Below are positions 41,119 through 50,162 of a DNA stretch of 64,000 nucleotides, in pieces. This DNA comes from Deltaproteobacteria bacterium. GTDB lineage: Bacteria; Myxococcota_A; Polyangia; Polyangiales; JADJMO01. How positions within the stretch are numbered: position 1 is the first letter of the stretch; each line of letters starts with the position of its first letter. Below the pieces are notes generated by a model. That model worked only from the letters and a program-made list of their open reading frames with translations, was not told where the DNA came from and did not search any database. The stretch is from contig JACPFM010000075.1 in NCBI GenBank assembly GCA_016182965.1, forward strand, positions 4,687-68,686. The letters run 5' to 3'. A program made the translations under genes and the position numbers.

Positions 41119-41673
41119 CTAGAAAGCCTTCAGCCCCTTGGAAGGCGCCGGCGGTTTCTCCGGCTTGAGCGACGGATACCGCGGGTCGTGCGGGTCGTGA
41201 CACGCCGGGCACGACTTCTTCCGCTTCTCGCCGTTCCAGTTGCCGACGACGAGGCCGTGCATGCCGGCGCGCCAGTCCTTCAACTTGTCGCCGTGGCACG
41301 CGGTGCAGAGGCGATACGCCTCGTCGAACGAGACGAGCTCACCGGTCGACGTGACCAGCTTGTCGATGTTCTTGATGGAGTGGCACTGGTAGCACCAGAA
41401 GGCGTCCTCGCCGTGCGAGAACTCGTGGTTGCGGACCTCGTGGAACTCCTTGAGGACGTACTTCTCGGGGCGCGGCTTGCGATCGGCGTGGCAGCCGGAG
41501 CACGGATACGCCGGCAGCATGTCGCTGCGCGGCTCTATCTGCACTTGCTCGGCGTGCTTCGGAGGAGGGGTCGGGGGGGTGTCGTGACCGTGTTTGCCGC
41601 GGCAGGCGACCAGCGCAAATGCCGACAGCGCCCACGCGCAAAGTCTGCCCGCCGTCACGTGCAGCGCCCTCAC
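41119..41673 (-). CDS. tetraheme c-type cytochrome lipoprotein
   Basis: Lipobox ALVAC. Four CXXCH motifs (CSGCH, CYQCH, CTACH, CPACH). GTG start overlapping the upstream stop (GTGA). Confidence 0.85.
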   Translation of the reverse strand: MRALHVTAGRLCAWALSAFALVACRGKHGHDTPPTPPPKHAEQVQIEPRSDMLPAYPCSGCHADRKPRPEKYVLKEFHEVRNHEFSHGEDAFWCYQCHSIKNIDKLVTSTGELVSFDEAYRLCTACHGDKLKDWRAGMHGLVVGNWNGEKRKKSCPACHDPHDPRYPSLKPEKPPAPSKGLKAF

Positions 41674-42371
41674 GGCTTGCTCTCCTTGTTCGAGACGGTC
41701 GACGCGGAGGCGGAGGGCGCAGGAAACGCGCTGCTACCGGGGAGGGGCGCGCTCGCTACGGCAGCGAGCGGTCGCTTCGGCGGGCGCTCCATCGCCTCGG
41801 TGCCGCGGACGGGCTCGTCAATCGCGATGCGACAGAACGACGCGCTGAACTCGCCCGCGACGCAGCTCCCCGTATGATCACGGAAGCACGCCGACATCAC
41901 GCCCTTCAGGCGCAGATCGGGGCCGGGCTCGTCGAGCACCAGCAGCGCATTGGCCTCGCCGACGCCGATCCAGAAGCCGTCGTCCTGGACCTGGTAGTGG
42001 ACCTCCCACTTGCCGCCGTCCTTGACGGTGGTGGTCGACTTCTCGCGCTCGAGCTTGTCGCGCCCGACGCGTCGTAGCCAGACGCTCGGCGACTTCGGCG
42101 ACTCGAGCGCGCCGCACGGCGTCGGCGAGGCCGAGGCGTATAGCTTGATCTCGACCCGCTCGAAGCCGGGGCGCGCGTCGACGTAGTAGCGCGCGCTCTT
42201 CACCTGGAAGGGCTGGCCGTCGATCTTGCCGCTCAGCGGCCCGACGTGGATCGAGTCCTCGGAGGTGGGCGGAGGCGGGGGTTCCTTCGGAGGACCGAGC
42301 CGCGGTTGGCGATCGCACGCGACGAACAACGTGCACGCGAGAAGTGCGATTTGCGCCGTCCCCCAGTTCAC
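41670..42371 (-). CDS. lipoprotein of unknown function, first gene of the NrfCD-type operon
   Basis: ALLACTLFVAC lipobox, a Pro-rich linker, then a beta-rich domain. The start (GTG 42371) is uncertain. Confidence 0.55.
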   Translation of the reverse strand: MNWGTAQIALLACTLFVACDRQPRLGPPKEPPPPPTSEDSIHVGPLSGKIDGQPFQVKSARYYVDARPGFERVEIKLYASASPTPCGALESPKSPSVWLRRVGRDKLEREKSTTTVKDGGKWEVHYQVQDDGFWIGVGEANALLVLDEPGPDLRLKGVMSACFRDHTGSCVAGEFSASFCRIAIDEPVRGTEAMERPPKRPLAAVASAPLPGSSAFPAPSASASTVSNKESKP

Positions 42372-42605
42372 GGCCGGGCCAATCTGCAAGCCATGCGCCA
42401 CGCCTGAGCGTCCCTCGCAAACATCGCGATCGGTTCGCGCGACGACGCAGGGCCTGCGGGCTTTGCGCAAGCAGTGCGTCCGAGCGGGTTCGACCGACGC
42501 GAAAAGGTCGCGTGCCTCCACGCAATTTTCTCCGGTCGAATTCTCGGGCGCGGTCTCGACGGCACGGCAGTTGCGTCTGGGGGCCCCACCAGCGTGGGGG
42601 TCTGA

Positions 42606-43049
42606 ATGAGTGACGAAGGGCCGAAGGACGTTCCCGGTCGACGTGATTTCCTGGGAACGACCATTACCGGAACGGCCGCGACGCTCGGCGTCGTGTCGGC
42701 GTATCCGGTCGTCAGGTTCCTCTCTCCGCGACCCGATCCGGGCCAGCGCATCGCCACCGCCGGCGAGGCGGAAAAGTTCCTTCCTGGAACGTCCAAAACG
42801 GTGCTGCTCGGCGACAAGCCGGTATTGGTGATTCGCCTCGACGACGGTCAATTCCGCGCGTTCAGCGCGATATGCACGCACCTGCAGTGCGTGGTCGCCT
42901 ACTCGGCGCAGCACCGACAGATCGAGTGCCCCTGCCACAAGGGCGTGTACTCCCTCGAGGGCGCGAACGTCAGCGGCCCGCCGCCGCGTCCGCTCCAGTC
43001 CGTCGGCGTCGAGGTCGTCAACGGCATCGTCACCCTCACCGAGGCCTGA
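42606..43049 (+). CDS. Rieske [2Fe-2S] subunit of a cytochrome bc-type complex (Tat signal)
   Basis: GRRDFLGTTITGTAA twin-arginine anchor. Cluster boxes CTHLQC and CPCHKG. Confidence 0.9.
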   Translation: MSDEGPKDVPGRRDFLGTTITGTAATLGVVSAYPVVRFLSPRPDPGQRIATAGEAEKFLPGTSKTVLLGDKPVLVIRLDDGQFRAFSAICTHLQCVVAYSAQHRQIECPCHKGVYSLEGANVSGPPPRPLQSVGVEVVNGIVTLTEA

Positions 43050-43055
43050 TCCCGC

Positions 43056-44099
43056 ATGTTGGACGACACGCGCAAATGGTTCTCGGACCGGGTCGGCGCG
43101 CCGGTGCTCCTCGAGAAGCTGCGCGAGCGGCGCGTGAGCGGCCTCAGCCCGACGCACTTCGTCGGCGGTGTGCTGCTGATGCTCTTCCTCCTCGAGGTGG
43201 CGAGCGGCATCCTGCTGATGCTCCCCTATCGCCCCGATCCGCAGCACGCGCACGCGTCGGTCGTGGCGATCGCCGGGCGCCTCCCCTACGGCAGCCTGGT
43301 GCGCGGCGTCCACGCGTGGACCAGCCACATGTTCGTCGCGATGCTGTTCGTGCAGATCGCGACCGTCCTCCTCAACCGCGTCTACCGTGAGCCGAAGGAG
43401 CTCGTCTGGTGGACGGGCCTCCTCTTGTTGGTGACCGGCGTCTCGATGGCCTTCACCGGCGCGTTGCTCCCCTGGAGCCAGAACGCCTACCTGCAGGCGC
43501 GCGTCAGCAGCGAGATGATCGGCCAGGGCCCGATCTTCGGCCCGTGGCTGAAGCGCATGCTGCGCGGCGGCGACGACATCACGCCGTGGAGCCTCGGCCA
43601 CGCGTACGGGTTCCACACCGGCGTGCTGCCCGCGCTGGCGACCCTGTTGTTCGGCTTCCACATGGCGGTGGTCCGCCGGTCTTCGGGCGGCCCCGTCGAG
43701 GGTGCGACGGTGCCGGTCTACCCGGAGTTCATCGTGCGGCTCGCGGCGGTGTGCACCGCGGTGCTGCTCCTGATCGTGTCGCTCGCGACCTTCGTCCCCG
43801 TCGCGGTGGGCACGCCGGTGAACATGGCCCAGTCGATGGCGCCCGCCGGCGGCGGGACAGCCCCCTCCGATGTGCTGCCTCCCTGGTACTTCCTGTTCCT
43901 CCACGACCTGCTGCGCGCCGCCCCGCCCCGCCTGCTCGGCGTCGAGAGCGCGAAGTTCGTGCTCGGCGCGCTGTCGGTGCTGGCGCTGTTCGCCGTCGCG
44001 CTGCCGTTCATCGACCGCAAGGGCTCGAAGATCACCGCGTACATCGGCGCGGTGTTGATCGTCGTCTTCCTGGTGCTCACCGGCCATGCGATCCTCTGA
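43056..44099 (+). CDS. cytochrome b (fused b6-like N-domain and subunit IV-like C-domain)
   Basis: 347 aa. His ligands occur in helices (RGVHAWTSHMFV..., GFHTGVLPALATLLFGFHM). It contains the PWSQ motif region and 7-8 TM helices. Confidence 0.85.
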   Translation: MLDDTRKWFSDRVGAPVLLEKLRERRVSGLSPTHFVGGVLLMLFLLEVASGILLMLPYRPDPQHAHASVVAIAGRLPYGSLVRGVHAWTSHMFVAMLFVQIATVLLNRVYREPKELVWWTGLLLLVTGVSMAFTGALLPWSQNAYLQARVSSEMIGQGPIFGPWLKRMLRGGDDITPWSLGHAYGFHTGVLPALATLLFGFHMAVVRRSSGGPVEGATVPVYPEFIVRLAAVCTAVLLLIVSLATFVPVAVGTPVNMAQSMAPAGGGTAPSDVLPPWYFLFLHDLLRAAPPRLLGVESAKFVLGALSVLALFAVALPFIDRKGSKITAYIGAVLIVVFLVLTGHAIL

Positions 44100-45462
44100 A
44101 CACACGCTCCTGTTCGCGGCGTCGATCGCGCTCGCGGTCGGCGTCGCGTCCTCGGCGTCGCGCGCCGACGCACCTCCGCTTCCCTCTGCGTCGGCGGCCG
44201 CGCCGCCCGCCGCGTCGGGCAGCGCGGCGAAGCCGGCCGGCTCCGAGGAGGCGCCGCGCCCCAAGCGCCCCGAGCGCGACGCCAACACCTGCTTCACCTG
44301 CCACCTCTCGCTGCCCGACGCGAAGCTGCGAAAGGCCGCCGAGGAGTTCTCGCACAGCGTGCACAAGGACGAGCGCATCGGCTGCGTCGCCTGTCACAAG
44401 GGCAACGCCTCCGATCCGACCGTGCAGGCGCACGACAAGACCACCGGCTTCATCGTGCGGCCGACGCACGCGCAGGTCGCGGCGCTGTGCGGCGGCTGCC
44501 ACGAAGACCCGACGTTCGTCCGTCGCTTCAACGCCCGGCTCGGCGTCGATCAGCGCAAGCTCTTCGAGCTGAGCCGCCACGGGAAGATGGCGGCCGCGGG
44601 CGACGCCGCCTCGCCGACGTGCACCAACTGCCATGGCGTGCACGGCATCCTGGCGGTCAGCTCGCCCAACGCCGAGGTCAACCGCCGGCGCGTGCGCGAT
44701 CTCTGCGCGAAGTGTCACGGCAACGTCGAGACGATGAAGCCCTACGGCCTCGCTGCGACGCAGCCCGTCGCATGGTCGAAGAGCGTCCACGGCAAGGCCT
44801 TCCACGAGGGCAGCGAGCAGGCGCCGACCTGCACCGGCTGCCACAGCCCGCACGCCGGTACGCTCCCCGGCACGGCGAGCGTCGCCGCGCTGTGCGACCG
44901 CTGCCACCAGGACGAGCGGGAGCTGTTCCTCAAGAGCCCCCACTCGCGCGCGTTCCGCAAGCTCGGGCTCGCCGACTGCGTGCCCTGCCACGGCGACCAC
45001 GACGTCACCCGCACCAGCTGGCTCGCGGGCATGACCCCGGACTCCGCGTGCGCGAAGTGCCACAGCAAGGACGACAAGCCGAAGAAGGTCGCGGAGGACA
45101 TCGCCGTCCTCCTCGAGGACGTGCAGAAGGCGGAGCACGCCGCGGCCGTCGATCTCGCCGAGGCGAAGACGGCCGGCCTGCTCGTGCCTGACGCGAGCTT
45201 CGCGGTCGACCGCCTGCGCACCGCGAAGATCCGCCTGATCACCACCGTCCACACGCTCGACATGCAGCAGCTCGGCGACGACGCGAACGCCGCGAAGATG
45301 ATCGCCCAGGAGGCGCGCGATCTCCTCACCAAGGCGCGCCGCGATCGGCAGGTCGAGCGGCGCGGCTACTTCGTCGCGATCGGCCTCGCCTCGCTCTTGC
45401 TCACCCTGCTCGTCGCCAAATCGATCCAGCTCGCGCGTCGGAGGCGGCGGGGTGAGTCATGA
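44086..45462 (+). CDS. nine-heme c-type cytochrome with a C-terminal membrane anchor
   Basis: Signal peptide. Nine CXXCH motifs (CFTCH, CVACH, CGGCH, CTNCH, CAKCH, CTGCH, CDRCH, CVPCH, CAKCH). C-terminal TM helix YFVAIGLASLLLTLLVA. Confidence 0.85.
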   Translation: MRSSEHTLLFAASIALAVGVASSASRADAPPLPSASAAAPPAASGSAAKPAGSEEAPRPKRPERDANTCFTCHLSLPDAKLRKAAEEFSHSVHKDERIGCVACHKGNASDPTVQAHDKTTGFIVRPTHAQVAALCGGCHEDPTFVRRFNARLGVDQRKLFELSRHGKMAAAGDAASPTCTNCHGVHGILAVSSPNAEVNRRRVRDLCAKCHGNVETMKPYGLAATQPVAWSKSVHGKAFHEGSEQAPTCTGCHSPHAGTLPGTASVAALCDRCHQDERELFLKSPHSRAFRKLGLADCVPCHGDHDVTRTSWLAGMTPDSACAKCHSKDDKPKKVAEDIAVLLEDVQKAEHAAAVDLAEAKTAGLLVPDASFAVDRLRTAKIRLITTVHTLDMQQLGDDANAAKMIAQEARDLLTKARRDRQVERRGYFVAIGLASLLLTLLVAKSIQLARRRRRGES

Positions 45463-47696
45463 CGGAGCCGAGCCGCTCGAGGTGGCGCGCCGCAGCCGTC
45501 GTGTCCGCGGTCGCTGCCGCGGTCGTTGCGGCGTTGCTCGTGTTCACCGGGGCACGCGCGCAGCGCTCGGCTGAGTTCTGCACGCCGACCTGCCACGTCG
45601 CCGCCGGCGGGGCGCACCTGCCGACGCCGGGGCACGCCTCGGTGTCGTGCCAGTCGTGCCACGCGATCAGCCCCGGCGTCGGCATCCGCCTCGCGGTGAC
45701 CCGCGCGCTCGGCGGAAAGAGCGCGAAGCCGCACGGCAAGGCGACGGCGGCGACCTGCGCGAGCTGCCACAACTCGTCCGATGCCGCGTGGGATCGCATC
45801 GCGGCGACCGCCGGGCACCGCAAGCACCCCGCCGCCGAGAAGCTCGATTGCCTCTCCTGTCACGCGAAGACCCTCCACGCCAAGAAGGCGAGCGCGGCCG
45901 AGACGTGCAGCGAGTGCCACGACGACGCGCGGCTGCACGCGAAGGACAAGCTCGACGAGGGCCCGAAGCCTCAGTGCCTCGGCTGCCACAACTTCTCGGT
46001 GCCGCGGAAGGGCGGCGTCGATCACGTCGCGCTGACCACCGACGCGTGCGCGCGCTGCCACTCCGAGGCGGCGAAGAAGGGCGCCGGCGTCGTGTCCGCG
46101 AGCCTCCCCCCGAGCCTGGCCGACGTGGTGCCCGCGAGCGTGATCGACCGCGCCGGGCTCCACGGCGGCGTCGACTGCAAGCTCTGCCACCAGCCGCACG
46201 ACCACGCGACCGGCAAGGGCCCGAAGCGCGCGTGCAAGTCGTGTCACCAGATCCAGATCGTCTCGAGCAACCCGAACCTCCCGAAGGAGCACCTGCTCTG
46301 CGAGAGCTGCCACGAGCAGCACAAGCCGGTTTCGGCGGCGGGCTCTCGCTGCGTGAAGTGCCACGAGCAGGCGAGGCCGAAGGGCGACGTCACGTCGACG
46401 GCGCTGCGCCATGAACAGTGCGCGAGCTGCCACATGCCGCACACCTGGGCGGCGGCGCCCAACGAGTGCGTCACCTGCCACGGCAAGCAGGCGACGCTCG
46501 TCCAGACCCAGAGCCCCGACAAGCACCAGCGCTGCACCAACTGCCACGAGGTGCACGGCAAGCCTCCGACCGGCGCGACCTGCGGCACCTGCCACAAGGA
46601 GAACGCCAAGAAGATGCTGGCCGCCCCGGCCAAGCACCAGAACTGCATCAGCTGCCACAACCCGCACGCGCCGCAGGTGAAGGTGCCGGCGACCTGCTCG
46701 GAGTGTCACAAGGCGCCGCTGCACCAGCTGGTCACGCTCGGCCCGGCGGCGCACGCGAAGGCGAGCTGCCAGTCGTGCCACACCATCCACGGCAACCCGA
46801 AGGCCGACACGAAGAAGTGCGCGGAGTGCCACAAGGACAAGGGCACCGCGGTCGCGGCCGCGAGCAAGCTCGAGCACCGGACCTGCACCTCCTGCCACCT
46901 GCCGCACCGGTTCGCGATCGACCAGGCGTCGCCGCCCTGCGCGAAGTGCCACGTCGAGATCGGCAACATCGTCGCGACGGGCAAGGGGAGCCACGGCGGC
47001 AAATGCGTCAATTGCCACGCGCCGCACGGGCAGCCGACGGTCGCGCGCGAGAAGTGCCTCGGCTGCCACGTGAAGGTGCAGCTGAAGGCGCCGAACCCCG
47101 ATCACAACAAGTGCGCCTCCTGCCACAAGCCGCACATCCAGGCCGCCTCTGCGATCGCCCGCTGCGGCGCGTGCCATGCCGACAAGGCGAAGCTCGCCGC
47201 GCTGTGGCCGGCGGGGTCGGCGCACCGCGAGAAGTGCAACGAGTGCCACAAACCGCACGACGTCCGTGACAAGGCGGCGTGCGGGAACTGCCACCAGAAG
47301 CAGCAGATGGCCGCGATGGGCGGCAAGCACGAGTGCAAGAGCTGCCACGCGGTGCACCAGGCGCCGCCGCCCGACAAGAAGGGTTGGTGGGGCCGCTGCG
47401 TGAATTGTCACGCGGACAAGGTGAAGGCCACCTCCGCCTCCAAGCACTCCAAGTGCGACTCGTGTCACCAGCCGCACAAGTTCGGAAAGCCCGACTGCAA
47501 GAGCTGCCACGAGAAGCAGGCGACCGCCGGCCTGCACACCTCGAAGAGCCACCAGGCCTGCACGAAGTGCCACGACACGCACAGTGCCTCGAAGCCGTCG
47601 CGCGCCGACTGCCTGAGCACCTGCCACTCGAACCTGGCCAACCACCAGCCCGACGCGAAGATCTGCACCGGGTGTCACGTGTTCAAGCTGCAGTGA
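45459..47696 (+). CDS. giant multiheme c-type cytochrome: 32 CXXCH plus 2 CX3CH motifs in 745 aa
   Basis: Motifs counted directly in the translation. N-terminal signal anchor AAAVVSAVAAAVVAALLVF. ATGA overlap with the 9-heme gene. Confidence 0.85.
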   Translation: MTEPSRSRWRAAAVVSAVAAAVVAALLVFTGARAQRSAEFCTPTCHVAAGGAHLPTPGHASVSCQSCHAISPGVGIRLAVTRALGGKSAKPHGKATAATCASCHNSSDAAWDRIAATAGHRKHPAAEKLDCLSCHAKTLHAKKASAAETCSECHDDARLHAKDKLDEGPKPQCLGCHNFSVPRKGGVDHVALTTDACARCHSEAAKKGAGVVSASLPPSLADVVPASVIDRAGLHGGVDCKLCHQPHDHATGKGPKRACKSCHQIQIVSSNPNLPKEHLLCESCHEQHKPVSAAGSRCVKCHEQARPKGDVTSTALRHEQCASCHMPHTWAAAPNECVTCHGKQATLVQTQSPDKHQRCTNCHEVHGKPPTGATCGTCHKENAKKMLAAPAKHQNCISCHNPHAPQVKVPATCSECHKAPLHQLVTLGPAAHAKASCQSCHTIHGNPKADTKKCAECHKDKGTAVAAASKLEHRTCTSCHLPHRFAIDQASPPCAKCHVEIGNIVATGKGSHGGKCVNCHAPHGQPTVAREKCLGCHVKVQLKAPNPDHNKCASCHKPHIQAASAIARCGACHADKAKLAALWPAGSAHREKCNECHKPHDVRDKAACGNCHQKQQMAAMGGKHECKSCHAVHQAPPPDKKGWWGRCVNCHADKVKATSASKHSKCDSCHQPHKFGKPDCKSCHEKQATAGLHTSKSHQACTKCHDTHSASKPSRADCLSTCHSNLANHQPDAKICTGCHVFKLQ

Positions 47697-47818
47697 CCCT
47701 GATGGGGCAACCTTCAGGCCCCCAGCGAGTTGCGGCGTGAGGCCGTAATCGAGCGTGTCGCGCGACCTCGCACGAGCGTTCCGGCGCGGGCGCCGGCGAT
47801 GACGGTCCGAACCGCAGG

Positions 47819-47839
47819 ATGGCAACAATGAGTTGCCAT
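47819..47839. promoter_or_regulatory. AT-richer perfect palindrome ATGGCAAC-aatga-GTTGCCAT, 15 nt upstream of the 47854 start
   Basis: Direct reading. It lies immediately 5' of the GGCAGGAG Shine-Dalgarno-like sequence. Confidence 0.3.
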
Positions 47840-47853
47840 TGGCAGGAGTCTCG

Positions 47854-48171
47854 ATGCCCTGGTACGACGTTGCCGCGTACTTCTTCGGAGGGGCGTTCCT
47901 CGCCAACTTCGTCCCGCACTTCGTCGCCGGCGTGTCGGGGCGCCCGTTCCAAACCCCGTTCGCGACGCCGCCGTTCCGAGGGCTCTCGTCACCCGCCGTG
48001 AACGTCCTCTGGGGCCTGTTCAATCTCGCGGCGGCCTACGCGCTGCTCGTGGTCGTCGGGAGCTTCGAGCTGCGCCGCGTGGCCCACGTCGCGATCTTCG
48101 CGGCGGGCTTGGGGCTCGCATCGGTCGGTCTGGCGCGGAGTCTGGGCAGACTGCAGCGCGGTGCGGCGTAG
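47854..48171 (+). CDS. small membrane protein (105 aa, 3 TM)
   Basis: ATG preceded by GGCAGGAG. MPWYDVAAYFFGGAFLANFVPHFVAG... Confidence 0.55.
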   Translation: MPWYDVAAYFFGGAFLANFVPHFVAGVSGRPFQTPFATPPFRGLSSPAVNVLWGLFNLAAAYALLVVVGSFELRRVAHVAIFAAGLGLASVGLARSLGRLQRGAA

Positions 48172-48180
48172 CGCGCGCGA

Positions 48181-48573
48181 TCAGCGCCCCGCGTCTTCCT
48201 CTGGATCGGCCGGCTCGTCGGGCGCAGCGCCGCTGTCGAAGGGGAAGTCGGCGATGCCGTCCGGCGACGGGTCGGGCAGCGTCTCGCTCGCCGTCTCGCT
48301 CGCATCCTGCCCGCCGTCCGTCGGTGCCGGCTGGGTGTCCTCGACTCCCGTGTCCGGAGGGGCCGGCGTCGGGTCGTCGAACGGGGCGTCGGCGACGCCG
48401 GCTGGACCTGGCGAGGGCAGCTGCTGCGAGGGCTTGTCGGTCTCGCGGCCCTCGTTCTGCACGACACCGCCGCACCCGGCGAGCGCGATGGCGACGGCCG
48501 CGATCACGCGCGGATAGGCGGGACCGACACGGGAGCTCGCCGGGCGAGGAGGGGCGGTGCGGAGGCTGGACAT
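48181..48573 (-). CDS. acidic Pro/Asp-rich lipoprotein
   Basis: VIAAVAIALAGCGG lipobox followed by a low-complexity acidic region. Start uncertain (48573 or 48591). Confidence 0.5.
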   Translation of the reverse strand: MSSLRTAPPRPASSRVGPAYPRVIAAVAIALAGCGGVVQNEGRETDKPSQQLPSPGPAGVADAPFDDPTPAPPDTGVEDTQPAPTDGGQDASETASETLPDPSPDGIADFPFDSGAAPDEPADPEEDAGR

Positions 48574-48901
48574 GTCGTCCGGCTCAAGCATCGGCGATGC
48601 CACGCACGATCGCGCGAAACGCGCCATGATCTGAAGATGCCGCTGTGCCGCCGTGTGCCGATGGGACGCGATCGCCAAGGCAGGCGACGGCGCCGAGATC
48701 GTGCTCGAGGACGGTGCCTACGACGTCACGACGTCGATCGTGGTGTCGGGCAACGTCGTCCCTCGCAGTCGTCGTTCGGCTGACGTCGGCTCCGGCCGGC
48801 CCGGCGCGATCGGCGGCGCGTGTTGGCGTGGGCCTCGAGCTGTCGGGGGGCGAGGAGGAGCACGGCGTGATCTCGGTGTGACCCTCCCATATGCTCGCGG
48901 A

Positions 48902-49291
48902 GTGCCGATTCACTGGCTGCTGCCGCTCCCGGGTGCGTTCCTCGCGGCAATGGGGCTGTGCGCCATCAGTGGTTCCCGCGATTTCAGCAACATCCCGCGC
49001 GACCTCGGTCCGGAAGGCCTGATCGGGATCACCGCGGCGTTGTTCGCGTTGTCGCTCGCGGTCACGCTGCACCTCGGCCGCATCCGCGCGTGCCCACAGT
49101 GCCGCACGTGGTGGAGCCGCGTCATTGGTATCGGCGAGACGACCACTCGCACCCAACGCCGCGAGGTCTTCACAGGCACGCGGTGGGTCAAGGAGCGCAT
49201 CTACCACGACAGCACTCCGCACGACCTCGTTTGCCGCAAGTGCAATCACGAGTTCCGCCGGACTTTCGGGAGCACGCATCGGCAGCGGTGA
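48902..49291 (+). CDS. membrane protein with a C-terminal zinc-ribbon-like CPQC...CRKC
   Basis: Two TM helices, then RIRACPQCRTWW...HDLVCRKCNHEF. GTG start is a guess. The upstream part of the track ORF is not credible. Confidence 0.35.
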   Translation: MPIHWLLPLPGAFLAAMGLCAISGSRDFSNIPRDLGPEGLIGITAALFALSLAVTLHLGRIRACPQCRTWWSRVIGIGETTTRTQRREVFTGTRWVKERIYHDSTPHDLVCRKCNHEFRRTFGSTHRQR

Positions 49292-49372
49292 CGCTGCCGG
49301 ACGTCCGGCAATCCACTGCTCTGATGACGCGAAGTTCGACGCGTGGAGCGACACGTCGAGCCTCACCGACCT

Positions 49373-49831
49373 TCAAGCGGGCGGCCGCGCGCCGTGGGCG
49401 TTCAAGGTCCGTAGCCACAGCGTCGGATCGTCCGCCTCGAAGGCGATCTCGATCGTGCCGGTGCCGCGCGGCAGCTTCGAGGTGCGGAGGTGCACCTCGC
49501 GGCCGTCGAGCCACACCTGGGCGTGGGGCAGGTCATCGAGCGGCAGGCGGATGCCGAACAGGCCCGCGATCACGGCCACCGCATTCGTGACGATGAGGAC
49601 CTCGCCGCGATTGAGCGACCGCCGGTAGCTCTGGTACCGGCCGACGTCGCGGAAATCGCGCAGGGTGACCGCGATGGTGCGGCGGCCGGTGCGGAGGAGG
49701 ACGCCCTCGCGCTCGACCTTCTCGATCATCATGGTCGTCGCGCGGCCGCCGAGGAGGAAGATGCCGGCGAGGAGCATGGCGACGAAGAGGAGGATGCCGA
49801 TGACGAGGACGACGACCTCGAGGGGGCCCAT
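49373..49831 (-). CDS. membrane-anchored hypothetical protein
   Basis: MGPLEVVVLVIGILLFVAMLLAGIFLLGG TM helix, then a soluble domain. Confidence 0.5.
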   Translation of the reverse strand: MGPLEVVVLVIGILLFVAMLLAGIFLLGGRATTMMIEKVEREGVLLRTGRRTIAVTLRDFRDVGRYQSYRRSLNRGEVLIVTNAVAVIAGLFGIRLPLDDLPHAQVWLDGREVHLRTSKLPRGTGTIEIAFEADDPTLWLRTLNAHGARPPA

Positions 49832-50162
49832 GGCGAGAGGATAGGCGGGCGCGAGGCTCGAAGCGCTGCGCGCCGGGTCCCTGAGCACCGGCCGCTCGAA
49901 CCTGGCCGACCACCCGGATCGCTCCGCGGTGTTTCGGCTCGCGGAGCGGGATGAAGCGGGAGAGCGGCGAATCCGGATCGTCCACGACGTCCCGTTCCGA
50001 GCCGGCGACCTGCGCGCGTCAGTGCAACGCGTCGCGCGTGATCACCCACGTGTGTGCACGTCGTGTCTCGCGTTCGACACGCGCGAATGTGCGGTGCGAT
50101 GTGATAGTCAGATCGACAGGCGTGCTCTCGCGTTGATCGCAATCCCCGTCGACGAGGTGCTC

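Noticed and set aside
48653-48790. N-terminal fragment resembling a parallel beta-helix protein start (GAEIVLEDGAYDVTTSIVVSGNV)
   Set aside because: The similarity spans only about 30 residues and is followed by non-coding-like sequence. It could be a gene remnant, but I cannot support it.
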